A stretch of DNA of 64,000 nucleotides from a candidate division FCPU426 bacterium (GTDB lineage Bacteria > Oederibacteriota > Muellerivitia > Muellerivitales > Muellerivitaceae), in assembly GCA_963738405.1 (NCBI GenBank), contig CAVTWJ010000022.1, forward strand, positions 128,001-192,000. Direction: 5' to 3'. Below the pieces are notes generated by a model, which did not search any database, was not told where the DNA came from, and saw only the letters and a program-made list of their open reading frames with translations. The position numbers and the translations under genes were made by a program. Each line of letters starts with the position of its first letter. Positions within the stretch are counted from its first letter, which is position 1. This document shows, in pieces, positions 48,282-57,829 of the stretch.

Positions 48282-48905
48282 TCATGCCTGGAACGCGCGT
48301 TGGGCGAGACGAATAAACCGGGTCACTTTTTTGGGATCCTTGATGCCGGGACGGCTTTCCACACCGCTGGACACATCGACTCCGAAGGCACCCGACCGGC
48401 GGATCGCCTCCTGGACATTGGAGGGATTCAGACCACCCGCCAGGATCACAGGGGCCTCAAGGGCTTGGACCGCGTCCCGAGCCCATTCAAAGTGAAAGGT
48501 CTTTCCCGTTCCCCCTGGCTTCTTTTCATTATAGGAATCCAAAAGATAAGCCGCAACCTCGTAAGCCTTTAGGGGTTTAAAAGCGCTTTTATTTCTCATC
48601 CTCGCGGCTTTGAGAATAGGCACAGGAATTTGTGCGCAATAAGCGGGTTTCTCGTCTCCGTGAAGCTGTATCGCCTGGAATCCACAAAAGCGAATCAGGC
48701 GTTTAACCTTGGCTATGGGTTCGTTGAAAAAAACCCCTACCGGAACCACCAGCGGCGGAACCATGCGCACCAGCTTTCGGGCTTGTTCGGGCGCGAGTTT
48801 TCGGGGTCCCAGGGACATTTGAAAGCCCAAGGCGTCCGCGCCTTGCTTGGCGGCAAAACGAACATCTTCAGGGCGGGTCAACCCGCAAATTTTCACTCGA
48901 AACAT
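48282..48905 (-). CDS. trpF: Phosphoribosylanthranilate isomerase
   Basis: VKICGLT, QLHGDE, GGTG, LAGGL, DVSSGVE. Confidence 0.96.
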   Translation of the reverse strand: MFRVKICGLTRPEDVRFAAKQGADALGFQMSLGPRKLAPEQARKLVRMVPPLVVPVGVFFNEPIAKVKRLIRFCGFQAIQLHGDEKPAYCAQIPVPILKAARMRNKSAFKPLKAYEVAAYLLDSYNEKKPGGTGKTFHFEWARDAVQALEAPVILAGGLNPSNVQEAIRRSGAFGVDVSSGVESRPGIKDPKKVTRFIRLAQRAFQA

Positions 48906-48912
48906 ATGGGCC

Positions 48913-49689
48913 TCAAGGCATCAGGGCTTTAACGGCCGCTTCGATATCCGGCGAAACCATAAAGGTTTCCCCTACCAAAAGGGCGGTAATCCCCTTTTCT
49001 TGAAGCTTTAGGGCATCTTCCCTGCTTTTAATACCGCTTTCACTTACCACCGATAAACCAGTAGGAATTTTCCTCAATAAATCAAAGGTGGTTTGCAAAG
49101 AAACCGAGAAATCGTTGAGGTCGCGGTTGTTGATTCCTAAAAGTTTCACACCGCATTTAAGCGCCCTTTCCATTTCGGGCTCGTTATGGACCTCGACTAG
49201 AACGGCCATGGAGAGGCTCCAGGCCAAATCCTGAAACTGCTTCAGTTGGGCGTCTTCCAACATGGCCACGATGAGCAGAACGGCATCCGCCCCCGCTTCC
49301 CGGGCCTCATAGACCTGATGTTCGTCGATGATGAAATCTTTGCGCAAAACCGGAAGCCCCGAGGCCTCTTTAGCTGACTTGAGATAGGAAAGATGGCCCT
49401 GAAAATAGGTCTCGTCGGTCAAAACCGAAAGGGCCTGGGCGCCTGCCTTCGCGTAGGCTTTCGCTAAAGGTTCAATTTGAAAATCAGCTCGTAAGACCCC
49501 CTTGGAGGGACTGGCCTTTTTAAGCTCGGCGATCAGGGAAAGTTTTCCCGGATGGTTCAGGGCGCCCAAAAAATTCTTCGGGGCCCTTTGGCGCTTGGCC
49601 CCTTCCCGCAGGGACAGAAGGCCTCTTTCGCTTTTCAGGCGGGCCACTTCTTCTTTTTTCGTTTCGGCTATTTTTTGAAGGATGCTCAT
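48913..49689 (-). CDS. trpC: Indole-3-glycerol phosphate synthase
   Basis: IAELKKASPSKG, LRKDFI, GINNRDL, SESGI; ATG 49689 overlaps the trpD stop. Confidence 0.96.
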   Translation of the reverse strand: MSILQKIAETKKEEVARLKSERGLLSLREGAKRQRAPKNFLGALNHPGKLSLIAELKKASPSKGVLRADFQIEPLAKAYAKAGAQALSVLTDETYFQGHLSYLKSAKEASGLPVLRKDFIIDEHQVYEAREAGADAVLLIVAMLEDAQLKQFQDLAWSLSMAVLVEVHNEPEMERALKCGVKLLGINNRDLNDFSVSLQTTFDLLRKIPTGLSVVSESGIKSREDALKLQEKGITALLVGETFMVSPDIEAAVKALMP

Positions 49690-50711
49690 TCGTGGGAAAC
49701 CTTCTTCAAAAGCTCCAGAGCGTTCAAGGCCTTTCCCGAATCGATGGATGCTTCGGCCAGGGCCCTGCCGTCGGGAATGGCGTCGCATTGGCCCGCCACA
49801 TAAAACCCAACCGAAGCGTTCATCACCACCGCTTCCCGGCGGGCACCCCTTTCCCCCTTCAAGACCCCTAAAAGGATCTTGGCGTTGGCCGCCGCGTCGC
49901 TCCCTTTGATTTCGTCCAGGCTCCGGCGTTGAAAACCGAACAACTCGGGTTGAAGCACCCCGGTCGTGCGTTTGACCGATCCGTCCTTTAATTTTTCCAA
50001 TTCCCAAATAAAAGTCTCGTCGGCGTTGGAAACCTCGTCCAGGCCGTCCTTGCTGTGAAGGGTCAAGACCCTTTCCATGCCCGCTTCCACCAAGGCTTCC
50101 CCGATCAAGCGGGCCCGCTCGGCATCAAACACGCCAATGACCTGACGCTTTACTGAGGCCGGATTGCACATGGGCCCCAGCACGTTGAAGATGGTTCGGA
50201 TGCCCAGTTCCTTGCGGATGGGCCCCACGTTTTTCATGGCAGGGTGAAAATGGGGAGCGAAAAGGAATGTCATTCCGACTTCCCGGAGGGCCTTTTCGAG
50301 GATGGGAACGGCGGGATCAATCCTGACTCCAAGGGTTTCCAAAACTTCGGCGCTTCCGCACTGGCTAGAGGCCGCCCGGTTGCCGTGTTTGGCCACCTTC
50401 ACCCCGCCACCCGCCAAAACCAAAGCGGCGGCGGTTGAAATGTTGAAGGTTCCCCGGTGATCCCCGCCGGTACCGCAAACGTCGATGGCGTCCAAACCCT
50501 CGGCGTTCAGGCGCACCATCTTGTCCCTCATGGCCTTGACGCTTCCCACCACCTCGGCGGGGGTCTCGAATTCGAGGTTGAGGAAGGCCAGGTAGGCCGC
50601 CACTTGGGTGGGCAGGGCCTTTCCTTCGAGGATCTCGATCATGCAATCGTAGGCTTCCCGCTCGGAAAGGGACTGTTTTTTGGATAGTTTCGCGAGTATT
50701 TCCCGAATCAT
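49686..50711 (-). CDS. trpD: Anthranilate phosphoribosyltransferase
   Basis: CGTGGD, TFNIST, KHGNR, GLDE; ATG 50711 with SD AAGGTGG (alternative GTG 50720). Confidence 0.96.
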   Translation of the reverse strand: MIREILAKLSKKQSLSEREAYDCMIEILEGKALPTQVAAYLAFLNLEFETPAEVVGSVKAMRDKMVRLNAEGLDAIDVCGTGGDHRGTFNISTAAALVLAGGGVKVAKHGNRAASSQCGSAEVLETLGVRIDPAVPILEKALREVGMTFLFAPHFHPAMKNVGPIRKELGIRTIFNVLGPMCNPASVKRQVIGVFDAERARLIGEALVEAGMERVLTLHSKDGLDEVSNADETFIWELEKLKDGSVKRTTGVLQPELFGFQRRSLDEIKGSDAAANAKILLGVLKGERGARREAVVMNASVGFYVAGQCDAIPDGRALAEASIDSGKALNALELLKKVSHE

Positions 50712-50743
50712 AGCCGCCACCTTGGGTGAAATAGAGGAGGGCT

Positions 50744-50771
50744 ATTGTACCCATCCCCCCTCGTTTTCCAA
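50744..50771 (-). promoter_or_regulatory. Candidate trp operon promoter
   Basis: TTGGAA-16 bp-TACAAT about 30 bp upstream of trpD. Confidence 0.5.
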
Positions 50772-50791
50772 AGGATGGAGGCCGGAACCCT

Positions 50792-52309
50792 TTAATTCTT
50801 CATCTTCACGTCAATCAGTTCATAGTAAGGCGCCATAGGCGGCGGAGGGCATTGGGCGTTGGTGAATTTCAGGGCCAAGCAAACGGCAACCGGGTCCTTG
50901 TCCCCGGCGTAAATCCCGGAAACCCTTCCCGATTTCTCGATTTTCAAAACCACCTTCAAATCCGTCGCCTGCGGGGTTTCCAGGGTGCAGACCCGCAGGT
51001 AGCTCTCCAAATTTCCTCCGATCGCCGTGGAAAAATGCTGTTCGTAATCTTGTCCCTCGGGGGAAGCGGCGTTTTTTTCAGCCTGTTGCAGGACATCCGC
51101 CGGGATGGAATTGGAATAGGCGGCGGGTGTATCCGGCTCATGATTGGCTACCGGTTGGTCGATTCTTATGCCCTTCATGATCTTCTGGAACCCGTTGAGG
51201 AGTTCCTGGTCATTGAAGATCAGGGTCTTGCGGTTGAAATGGGCGCCCGGGTCCCAAAGCATGGGGCACATTCCCAGTTTGTAGGCCCGATCGGCCACCG
51301 ACTCGATGTAAAGCCGGACGCTCTCGATATCCTTAGTCTTGAGGGTGGCCCCGTATTCGCCCAGGATAATCGGAATCCCCTGGCTGAGAAACCGCGCCTT
51401 CAACTTCTGCATGTTCGAGTCCAGTTCGTCCAGGTCCTCTTTCGTTCCCCAGGTGGACCGGGCCTTGCCCCATGTCTCGTCATGTTCCAACCCGGCGAAG
51501 GTGTAGGGGGTGTAGTAATGGATGGAAAGAATGCAATGGTCCGCCGGGTCCTTCGGCATCACGAAATCCGGGTCGGTCGTGAGTTCGACATCCGTCGCGT
51601 AGCCGGCGATGAGGAGGTGGCGTTTCGCGTTCAGGCCGCCCGATTTACGCACGAGATCGACAAAGGCCTGGTTGATGTGGTTCAGGATGCCGTAGGCTTT
51701 TAGTTTTTTATCGGGGTCCGCGGGGCCATACCGGTTCCAGACATCGTTGAAACAGCCTTCTTCATTCAACGACTCGAAGATCAGGGTGCAGGGATAACCC
51801 TTGAAATAGTCCGCGACCTGCGACCACATCACGGTGTAGTGCTTCATCGATTCGTCGTAGGCCGTCGGAAATTTGGACCACCAACCGCCGTCCCAGTGGT
51901 CGTTGACCACCGCGATCATCCCATCGGCGAGAACCCAATCGACGATCTGTTTGACACGGGCCAAATAGGCGGGATTGATCGCGTAATCTTTCCCCATCAT
52001 GTTCGACCAAGCCACGGGAATCCGGATGGATTTAAATCCGGCCGCCTGGATCCCGTCGATCATTGCTTTAGTGGTATCGGGATTGCCCCATGCGGTCTCG
52101 AAATTATGGACCGCGCTTTTATTGACCCAATCCCCGGCGCACTCCATCGTGTTGCCCAGGTTCCATCCCAGTCCCATTTGGCGCACAACCTCCGCCGAGC
52201 TCAAATTCTCCAGGGAGGTCTCATCGGCGCTCAGGCCGGTAGGTAGAAGCGCTGAGAAAATAAGCCCAAAACCGAGAGAGAACACAGAGATAACGTTTTT
52301 GAATAACAC
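50792..52309 (-). CDS. Secreted GH5 endoglucanase (GH5_4-like) with extra C-terminal domain
   Basis: Signal peptide; GWNLGNT, ETAWGNP, IRIPV, IFESLNEE (acid/base), HYYTP, ILGEYG (nucleophile). Confidence 0.9.
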   Translation of the reverse strand: MLFKNVISVFSLGFGLIFSALLPTGLSADETSLENLSSAEVVRQMGLGWNLGNTMECAGDWVNKSAVHNFETAWGNPDTTKAMIDGIQAAGFKSIRIPVAWSNMMGKDYAINPAYLARVKQIVDWVLADGMIAVVNDHWDGGWWSKFPTAYDESMKHYTVMWSQVADYFKGYPCTLIFESLNEEGCFNDVWNRYGPADPDKKLKAYGILNHINQAFVDLVRKSGGLNAKRHLLIAGYATDVELTTDPDFVMPKDPADHCILSIHYYTPYTFAGLEHDETWGKARSTWGTKEDLDELDSNMQKLKARFLSQGIPIILGEYGATLKTKDIESVRLYIESVADRAYKLGMCPMLWDPGAHFNRKTLIFNDQELLNGFQKIMKGIRIDQPVANHEPDTPAAYSNSIPADVLQQAEKNAASPEGQDYEQHFSTAIGGNLESYLRVCTLETPQATDLKVVLKIEKSGRVSGIYAGDKDPVAVCLALKFTNAQCPPPPMAPYYELIDVKMKN

Positions 52310-52354
52310 AGGCAGGCTCCTTTAGATTTTTACTATTTAAGTATTACGAAAACC

Positions 52355-53782
52355 CTATCTGACCAATATGACTTTTTTGATTTTCCGCTCATAGGGCTCG
52401 ATCAAATAAAGAATATACACTCCGCTGGCGCAGGGATTATGGGCGTAATTGGTCCCATCCCAGCTATAAAACTGCGTGGGCAGTTGGCTGGTGAGATAGG
52501 AGGGCGAGGGGGGAATGGCGTCCTTCCCCAAGTCTTTAATAAATTCCCCGGCAGAATTGTAAATCTTCAACGAAAAAGGGCCGGGGAATGACGAGATTCC
52601 AACCTGAATCGATACGGGCTGGGTGTGGCTAAAAACATTATGGTCCACGTAAAACAAGTCGTAGACAGGCAAGGTGGGCGTCACAGTGGCCGTAATGGTC
52701 GGGCTCAAGGTGATGGTTGGGGACAGGGTGACGGTAGGACTCATGGTAACCGTGGAAGTGAAAGTCGGGGTCGAAGTGGGAGTAACTGTGGGGGTGAAAG
52801 TCCTTGTAGGGGTCGGGGTGAGGGTTGGGCTGGGGCTTGTGATGGGCGTAGGAGAATAGGTGGCGGTCAGGGTTGGGGTATTTCCCGCGCAGGTTCCACC
52901 GCCCATGAAACAGTAGATACTTTGCACAAAATTCGTGTTCACCGTCTGGTTGGCGCCCGAGAACGTGGGTTGGCTCAGAAAATTGCAATCCCAGACCGTC
53001 ACGAGGTTTCCCACATTCCCCGTCAGGTTGGTCATCTGCCCCAAATTACCCTGCCAGCCCGAGACCATGGATCGGTTCACGCCATCGTTCCAATTGGCCG
53101 GATTAGGATCACTAACGAAATTGTCCCCATTGAGATCTTGAATCGGGATCCCCCCCGAAGCCACGCCAAAGTAACTGGTTGGTCCCGACTGCCCGGGAAT
53201 AACGACGGGAAGGGTTGCTGTTGTCAGGTCCACCCAGTTGCCGTTCGGGCCCGGACAATCGGTGTAAGCCGGAGTAACGGCCCCAGCGGCGATCAAAAGG
53301 TCACTTATACCCATATCCTTACTATTGAAGGAGCTGAATTCCCCGTTGATGAAGAAGTTTCCGCCCGATTCCAAATAAGAAACAGCTTGGCTCTGCCAAC
53401 AGGGGGTAAAGGCATCGTCGCCGGGAACCGGGACAGGGCAAGTGGCGGTTCCACCGCTGACCATCCGCAAGTCCCAGATCTGGTTGTAGGCACCCCAGTT
53501 GTCGGTCGTGGGGCAATAACCTGTAGTGGAGACGGGAAGGGCCGTTACTTGAGCGCCTTGGGCGATAAGGATCGCCGATACCGCAGTCATCGGTCCAGTA
53601 GAGTAGACCGGGTCATCAGAATTGTAATAAATCAAAACCTTGATTTGTGCCGACAGTAGGGAGGGTCCCCAAAGGGCGGCAAAAAATAAGGCGGAGGCGA
53701 TAACCCGACGGACAAAATTTTTTGGCAGAAGACACATGGTGACCAAATGGGACAGGGAGTTTAATACTCGGGAATTATACAT
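52355..53782 (-). CDS. Secreted protein with Thr/Pro-rich linker and C-terminal FlgD-Ig-like domain
   Basis: Signal-like N-terminus; TPT repeats; KIYNSAGE..., WDGTN...ASGVY...KKVILVR; start may be ATG 53737. Confidence 0.8.
   Translation of the reverse strand: MYNSRVLNSLSHLVTMCLLPKNFVRRVIASALFFAALWGPSLLSAQIKVLIYYNSDDPVYSTGPMTAVSAILIAQGAQVTALPVSTTGYCPTTDNWGAYNQIWDLRMVSGGTATCPVPVPGDDAFTPCWQSQAVSYLESGGNFFINGEFSSFNSKDMGISDLLIAAGAVTPAYTDCPGPNGNWVDLTTATLPVVIPGQSGPTSYFGVASGGIPIQDLNGDNFVSDPNPANWNDGVNRSMVSGWQGNLGQMTNLTGNVGNLVTVWDCNFLSQPTFSGANQTVNTNFVQSIYCFMGGGTCAGNTPTLTATYSPTPITSPSPTLTPTPTRTFTPTVTPTSTPTFTSTVTMSPTVTLSPTITLSPTITATVTPTLPVYDLFYVDHNVFSHTQPVSIQVGISSFPGPFSLKIYNSAGEFIKDLGKDAIPPSPSYLTSQLPTQFYSWDGTNYAHNPCASGVYILYLIEPYERKIKKVILVR
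52668..52883 (-). repeat. Coding low-complexity Thr/Pro repeat (about 6-residue period)
   Basis: TPTLTATYSPTPITSPSPTLTPTPTRTFTPTVTPTSTPTFTSTVTMSPTVTLSPTITLSPTITATVTPT. Confidence 0.85.
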
Positions 53783-54023
53783 TGATTCAACAGATATCCT
53801 TTCCAGTCATATTAAATCATGGTTTTACCGTGCCACCTTTGGAATAGTGAAGTTTGGAAAACCTATTTTAACTTCTAATGCTTTTTGCCTAATGGTTGTC
53901 CGAAATATTCCCGCTTCAAAATTGTATTTCACACTTCGAATTAACCTTTATTTAATCACCCGCCATTACGAATCCGCCTATAACTTTTCCCAAGTTTGTA
54001 TTTCAGTACCAAAGGGGAGCACC

Positions 54024-55418
54024 ATGAATTTCAATGACAGTCAGGAGCAGGACCAGCCGGTTTTCGCGCAGCCAGAAGCCACCGCCGATCCTTCCACCTT
54101 CAAAATCAAGCATCCTTCTGATAACCCCGCCTACAAGGTGATCGACCAGCTCAACAAAGAAAAAAAGATCAACCCCATGCCCTTCCCCGCGCCCAGGGGC
54201 GGAGCGGAGCCGGTTTTAACCCTTCAGCAGGTATTTGGAGGAAACTCCGGGCCCATCAACAAAATCAACGACAACGGCCAGATCGTCTTCCACTCGACGG
54301 GCGATTGCGGAAGCACCAGCGGTCCCAAGACCCAAAACGAGGTGGCCGACAAAATGACCGCCGATTTTAATGAAAGCGACCCAAAAGAAGTACCCCAGTT
54401 TAATTTTCTTTTGGGGGATGTGATTTACAGTTTCGGCGAGACGCAGTATTACTACGACCAGTTTTACGAACCTTACCGCGACTATCCGGCGCCCATCCTG
54501 GCGGTGGCGGGCAACCACGATGGTATGATTTCACCCCTATCCCAAGGGGTGAATAGTTTGGACGGTTTCTTGCGCAATTTTTGCGCGGAAAGTTTTATGG
54601 TCACTCCTGAGGCGGGAGGTCTTTCCCGCACGGCGCAGATTCAGCCCGGGGTTTTTTACACCTTTGACGCGCCCTTCGTGCGCATCCTGGCGCTCTACAG
54701 CAACACCCTGGAAGACCCGGGGGTCATCGCCGACGGGGGTGCCTACAGCGGGTTGGGAAAAAGCCAACTGGATTTTCTGACCGCCGCCCTGACCCGTGCG
54801 AAAAAGGAAAACTACAAAGGTGCCCTGTTGATTGCCTCCCACCATCCTGCTTTTACGGCAGGTTCCAACCACGGCTGGAGCCAGCTGATGACATCGCAAA
54901 TAGACGCTATCTGCACCCAGGTGGGCTTTTGGCCCCACGCCGTTTTGGCCGGGCACGCCCACAATTATCAGCGCTTCACCCGCCACCGCAAGGATGGAAC
55001 CTTGATCCCCTACATCATCTGCGGAAATGGAGGGCATAACGCCCAGGCACTGACCCGGGGTGGCACCCCTCCCCCCCGTTCGCCCCAGATTATCCAGGCG
55101 GCCGCCAACGGAATGGACCAGGTGGTTTTGGAAAATTACGACGCCGCGCCGGGCCATTACGGTTATCTGCGGGTGATTGTGGATAACGCCCAACTGCGCA
55201 TTGAATACCATCCTGCGGGTGACGGGACGGGCGCCAAGACGCCGGATGATTACGTGACCGTGGACCTAAAAACCCGCATGGCCACTCACTACACGGCCAA
55301 CGACCTGGGAGCGCCAGCCGCCGCCCAGGCCATCAGCCAAAAGGTGAAAAAGCCGAAGGTTCCTAAGGGTTCGGCACCGTCGAAAAAGTCGGCCCGCCGG
55401 ACCAAGATGAGGAAATAA
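54024..55418 (+). CDS. Metallophosphoesterase (purple acid phosphatase-like)
   Basis: GDCG, GDVIY, GNHD, SHHP, GHAH; SD GGGGAG before ATG 54024. Confidence 0.88.
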   Translation: MNFNDSQEQDQPVFAQPEATADPSTFKIKHPSDNPAYKVIDQLNKEKKINPMPFPAPRGGAEPVLTLQQVFGGNSGPINKINDNGQIVFHSTGDCGSTSGPKTQNEVADKMTADFNESDPKEVPQFNFLLGDVIYSFGETQYYYDQFYEPYRDYPAPILAVAGNHDGMISPLSQGVNSLDGFLRNFCAESFMVTPEAGGLSRTAQIQPGVFYTFDAPFVRILALYSNTLEDPGVIADGGAYSGLGKSQLDFLTAALTRAKKENYKGALLIASHHPAFTAGSNHGWSQLMTSQIDAICTQVGFWPHAVLAGHAHNYQRFTRHRKDGTLIPYIICGNGGHNAQALTRGGTPPPRSPQIIQAAANGMDQVVLENYDAAPGHYGYLRVIVDNAQLRIEYHPAGDGTGAKTPDDYVTVDLKTRMATHYTANDLGAPAAAQAISQKVKKPKVPKGSAPSKKSARRTKMRK

Positions 55419-55451
55419 GGGGAAGTTAAAGCGTCAAAGGTTTAGAGAGAC

Positions 55452-55480
55452 AAAGCCAGGCGATTTCGCCTGGCTTTTTT
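55452..55480. terminator. Intrinsic terminator between convergent genes
   Basis: AAAGCCAGGCG-ATTT-CGCCTGGCTTTTTT. Confidence 0.85.
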
Positions 55481-56240
55481 AGAGATTAAAAAACCTGCGG
55501 GCCGTTTCGGTGGTCTGTCGGGCAAATTCCTCAAAGGGGATGCCCTTCACCTCAGCCACCTTCTCAGCCGTAAATTTAACGAAAGAAGGCTCGTTGCGCT
55601 TGCCTCGGTGGGGCATGGGTGTGAGGTAGGGTGCGTCCGTTTCCACCACTAGACGATCTAGGGGGATGAGGGCCACGGCGTCGCGGATGTCCTGGCCATT
55701 TTTAAAGGTGACGGGTCCGGCGATGGAAAAGGTGCAGCCCAACCCCATGAACTTATCAACGTAAGAAGCTCCAGCCGAGTAGCAGTGCATCAGGATCTTA
55801 AGGCCTTGCGCTTCCGCCTTGAGCTGTTCATAAACGTCCTCATGGGCGTCCCGGTCGTGGATGACCAGGGGAAGGGAAAGGTCTCGAGCTAACTGGATCA
55901 TGCAGGAAAAAAGGACTTTCTGCCTATTCCGGTCGACGTCATGGTAATAATCCAACCCGATCTCCCCGATGGCTTTGGGATGTGTTTCACGGGCCAGGCG
56001 CTCAATTTCGGCCAACTCCGCCTCGCCGAACCGGTCGGCGTCATTGGGATGGGCCCCGATGGTGTGAAAAACCGTTCCGGGGTGCCGGGAAGCCACTTGA
56101 GCCGCCGCCGCCGAGGTTTTTTCGTCGGTGCCGATGGTAACGCAGATATCCACCCCCGCATCCTGGCAGCGCTGAAGCACCTCGGCCTCTTCACCGATTA
56201 AACGTTCATCGTCCAGATGGCAGTGGGTATCAATCAGCAT
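55479..56240 (-). CDS. tatD: TatD family hydrolase
   Basis: IDTHCH, GEIGLDY, IHDR, HCYS, ETDAPYL; ATG overlaps the metG stop (TAATG). Confidence 0.95.
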   Translation of the reverse strand: MLIDTHCHLDDERLIGEEAEVLQRCQDAGVDICVTIGTDEKTSAAAAQVASRHPGTVFHTIGAHPNDADRFGEAELAEIERLARETHPKAIGEIGLDYYHDVDRNRQKVLFSCMIQLARDLSLPLVIHDRDAHEDVYEQLKAEAQGLKILMHCYSAGASYVDKFMGLGCTFSIAGPVTFKNGQDIRDAVALIPLDRLVVETDAPYLTPMPHRGKRNEPSFVKFTAEKVAEVKGIPFEEFARQTTETARRFFNL

Positions 56241-57793
56241 TAGTCTTTCTTCTTTTCGATCCGGGGAAACAGCGGAGACCCCTTGGCGATTTTTTGGCCC
56301 ACGGAGATCCTTCCCCATTCCTCAGTTTCAGAAAGGGAATGCTGATGCACGTCATCGGAAAAGCCCAGCTGTTTCCACATGGAAGACGCCGTGAAGGGCA
56401 TGAAAGGAGCGATGGCGATGGCCGTGACCCTCAAGGATTCCATGAGTGAATAGAGGCAGGTGGCCAGCTTAACTTTTCCCGTATCCCCTTCTTTTGCCAG
56501 CTTCCAAGGGGAGGTTTCCTCGATGTACTTGTTGGTCCGCTTAACGTGGTCCCAAGCCGCCCCAAGGGCAGTCGGGAAATCAAAAGTCGTCATGGCCTGC
56601 CGGGCCTTGGGAGCGTAGGCTTTTGCGGTTTCAGCGAGTGATTTTTCCAGATCACCTGCGGGGCCTGGTTGCGGAACCGCTCCCTCGAAATATTTTTCAA
56701 GCATGGTCAGCGACCGGCTGACCAGGTTGCCCAGGTCGTTCGCCAGGTCGCCGTTGAAGCGAAGCTCGAAGGCTTCGATGGTGAAACTTCCGTCCATGCC
56801 AAAAACCACTTCCCGCAAAAGGTAATAGCGAAGGGCGTCAGGCCCGTAGAGGCCGATCAAGTCCATGGGATTCACGACATTACCCAGGCTCTTGGACATC
56901 TTTTCCCCGCCCATGTTGATAAACCCGGTGCCGAACACGCGCTGGGGAAGGGGCTCCCCGGCGGCCATCAGCATCGTCGGCCAGATGGTGGCGTGGAAAC
57001 GCAATATGTCTTTTCCGATCAGGTGCACGTCCGCGGGCCAGTACTTTTGGTACTTCTCCCCGTCCGGCCAGCCGAGGGCCGAGATGTAATTGATGAGCGC
57101 GTCAAACCAGACATAAATGGTGGTTTCTTCCGGAACGGGGGCGGAAATGCCCCATTTGACCGTGGAACGGGTGATAGAAACATCCGCCAGGCCAGGCTGG
57201 ATGAAGTTATTGACCAGCTCGTTCTTTCGGCTGGCGGGCTGGACAAAATCGGGGTGGTCGACCAGGTGCTTTTCCAGCTGTTGCTGGAACTTGGACATGG
57301 CGAAGAAGTAGTTTTCTTCTTTTATTTTTTCAACAGGCCTTCCGCAATCCGGACATTTGCCGTCAACCACTTCCGAATCCTGAAGAAACTTCTCATCTGG
57401 CAGACAGTACCAGCCCTCATAGGCGCCCTTGTGGATGAACCCGGCGTCGAGGACCTTTTTGAAGAAGAGCTTGCAGGCGGCCTTATGGTCCTCGTCGGTG
57501 GTGCGCACAAACCGGTCGTTGGAAATACCCAGTCTCACCCAGGCTTCCTTGAACCTTTCCACCACCTGGTCGGCCAATTGTTTGGGCTCCAAGCCCTTTT
57601 CCTTGGCCGTTTTGGCGATCTTTTGTCCGTGCTCGTCGGTTCCGGTCAGGAAGTAAACGTCGTAGCCGTCCATGCGCTTGAAGCGGGCCATGGCGTCCGC
57701 CCCCACGGTGCAGTAGGCGTGGCCGATATGGGGCACGTCGTTGACGTAGTAGATGGGCGTGGTCACATAGAAAGTTTTTTTCACATCGGACAT
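56240..57793 (-). CDS. metG: Methionyl-tRNA synthetase (short form, no C-terminal tRNA-binding domain)
   Basis: TTPIYYVN..PHIGH, YVWFDAL, GKDILRFH, KMSKS. Confidence 0.97.
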   Translation of the reverse strand: MSDVKKTFYVTTPIYYVNDVPHIGHAYCTVGADAMARFKRMDGYDVYFLTGTDEHGQKIAKTAKEKGLEPKQLADQVVERFKEAWVRLGISNDRFVRTTDEDHKAACKLFFKKVLDAGFIHKGAYEGWYCLPDEKFLQDSEVVDGKCPDCGRPVEKIKEENYFFAMSKFQQQLEKHLVDHPDFVQPASRKNELVNNFIQPGLADVSITRSTVKWGISAPVPEETTIYVWFDALINYISALGWPDGEKYQKYWPADVHLIGKDILRFHATIWPTMLMAAGEPLPQRVFGTGFINMGGEKMSKSLGNVVNPMDLIGLYGPDALRYYLLREVVFGMDGSFTIEAFELRFNGDLANDLGNLVSRSLTMLEKYFEGAVPQPGPAGDLEKSLAETAKAYAPKARQAMTTFDFPTALGAAWDHVKRTNKYIEETSPWKLAKEGDTGKVKLATCLYSLMESLRVTAIAIAPFMPFTASSMWKQLGFSDDVHQHSLSETEEWGRISVGQKIAKGSPLFPRIEKKKD

Positions 57794-57829
57794 GGTAAAT
57801 TCCTTTTTACAAGGCCTGGGGGCCGAAAT

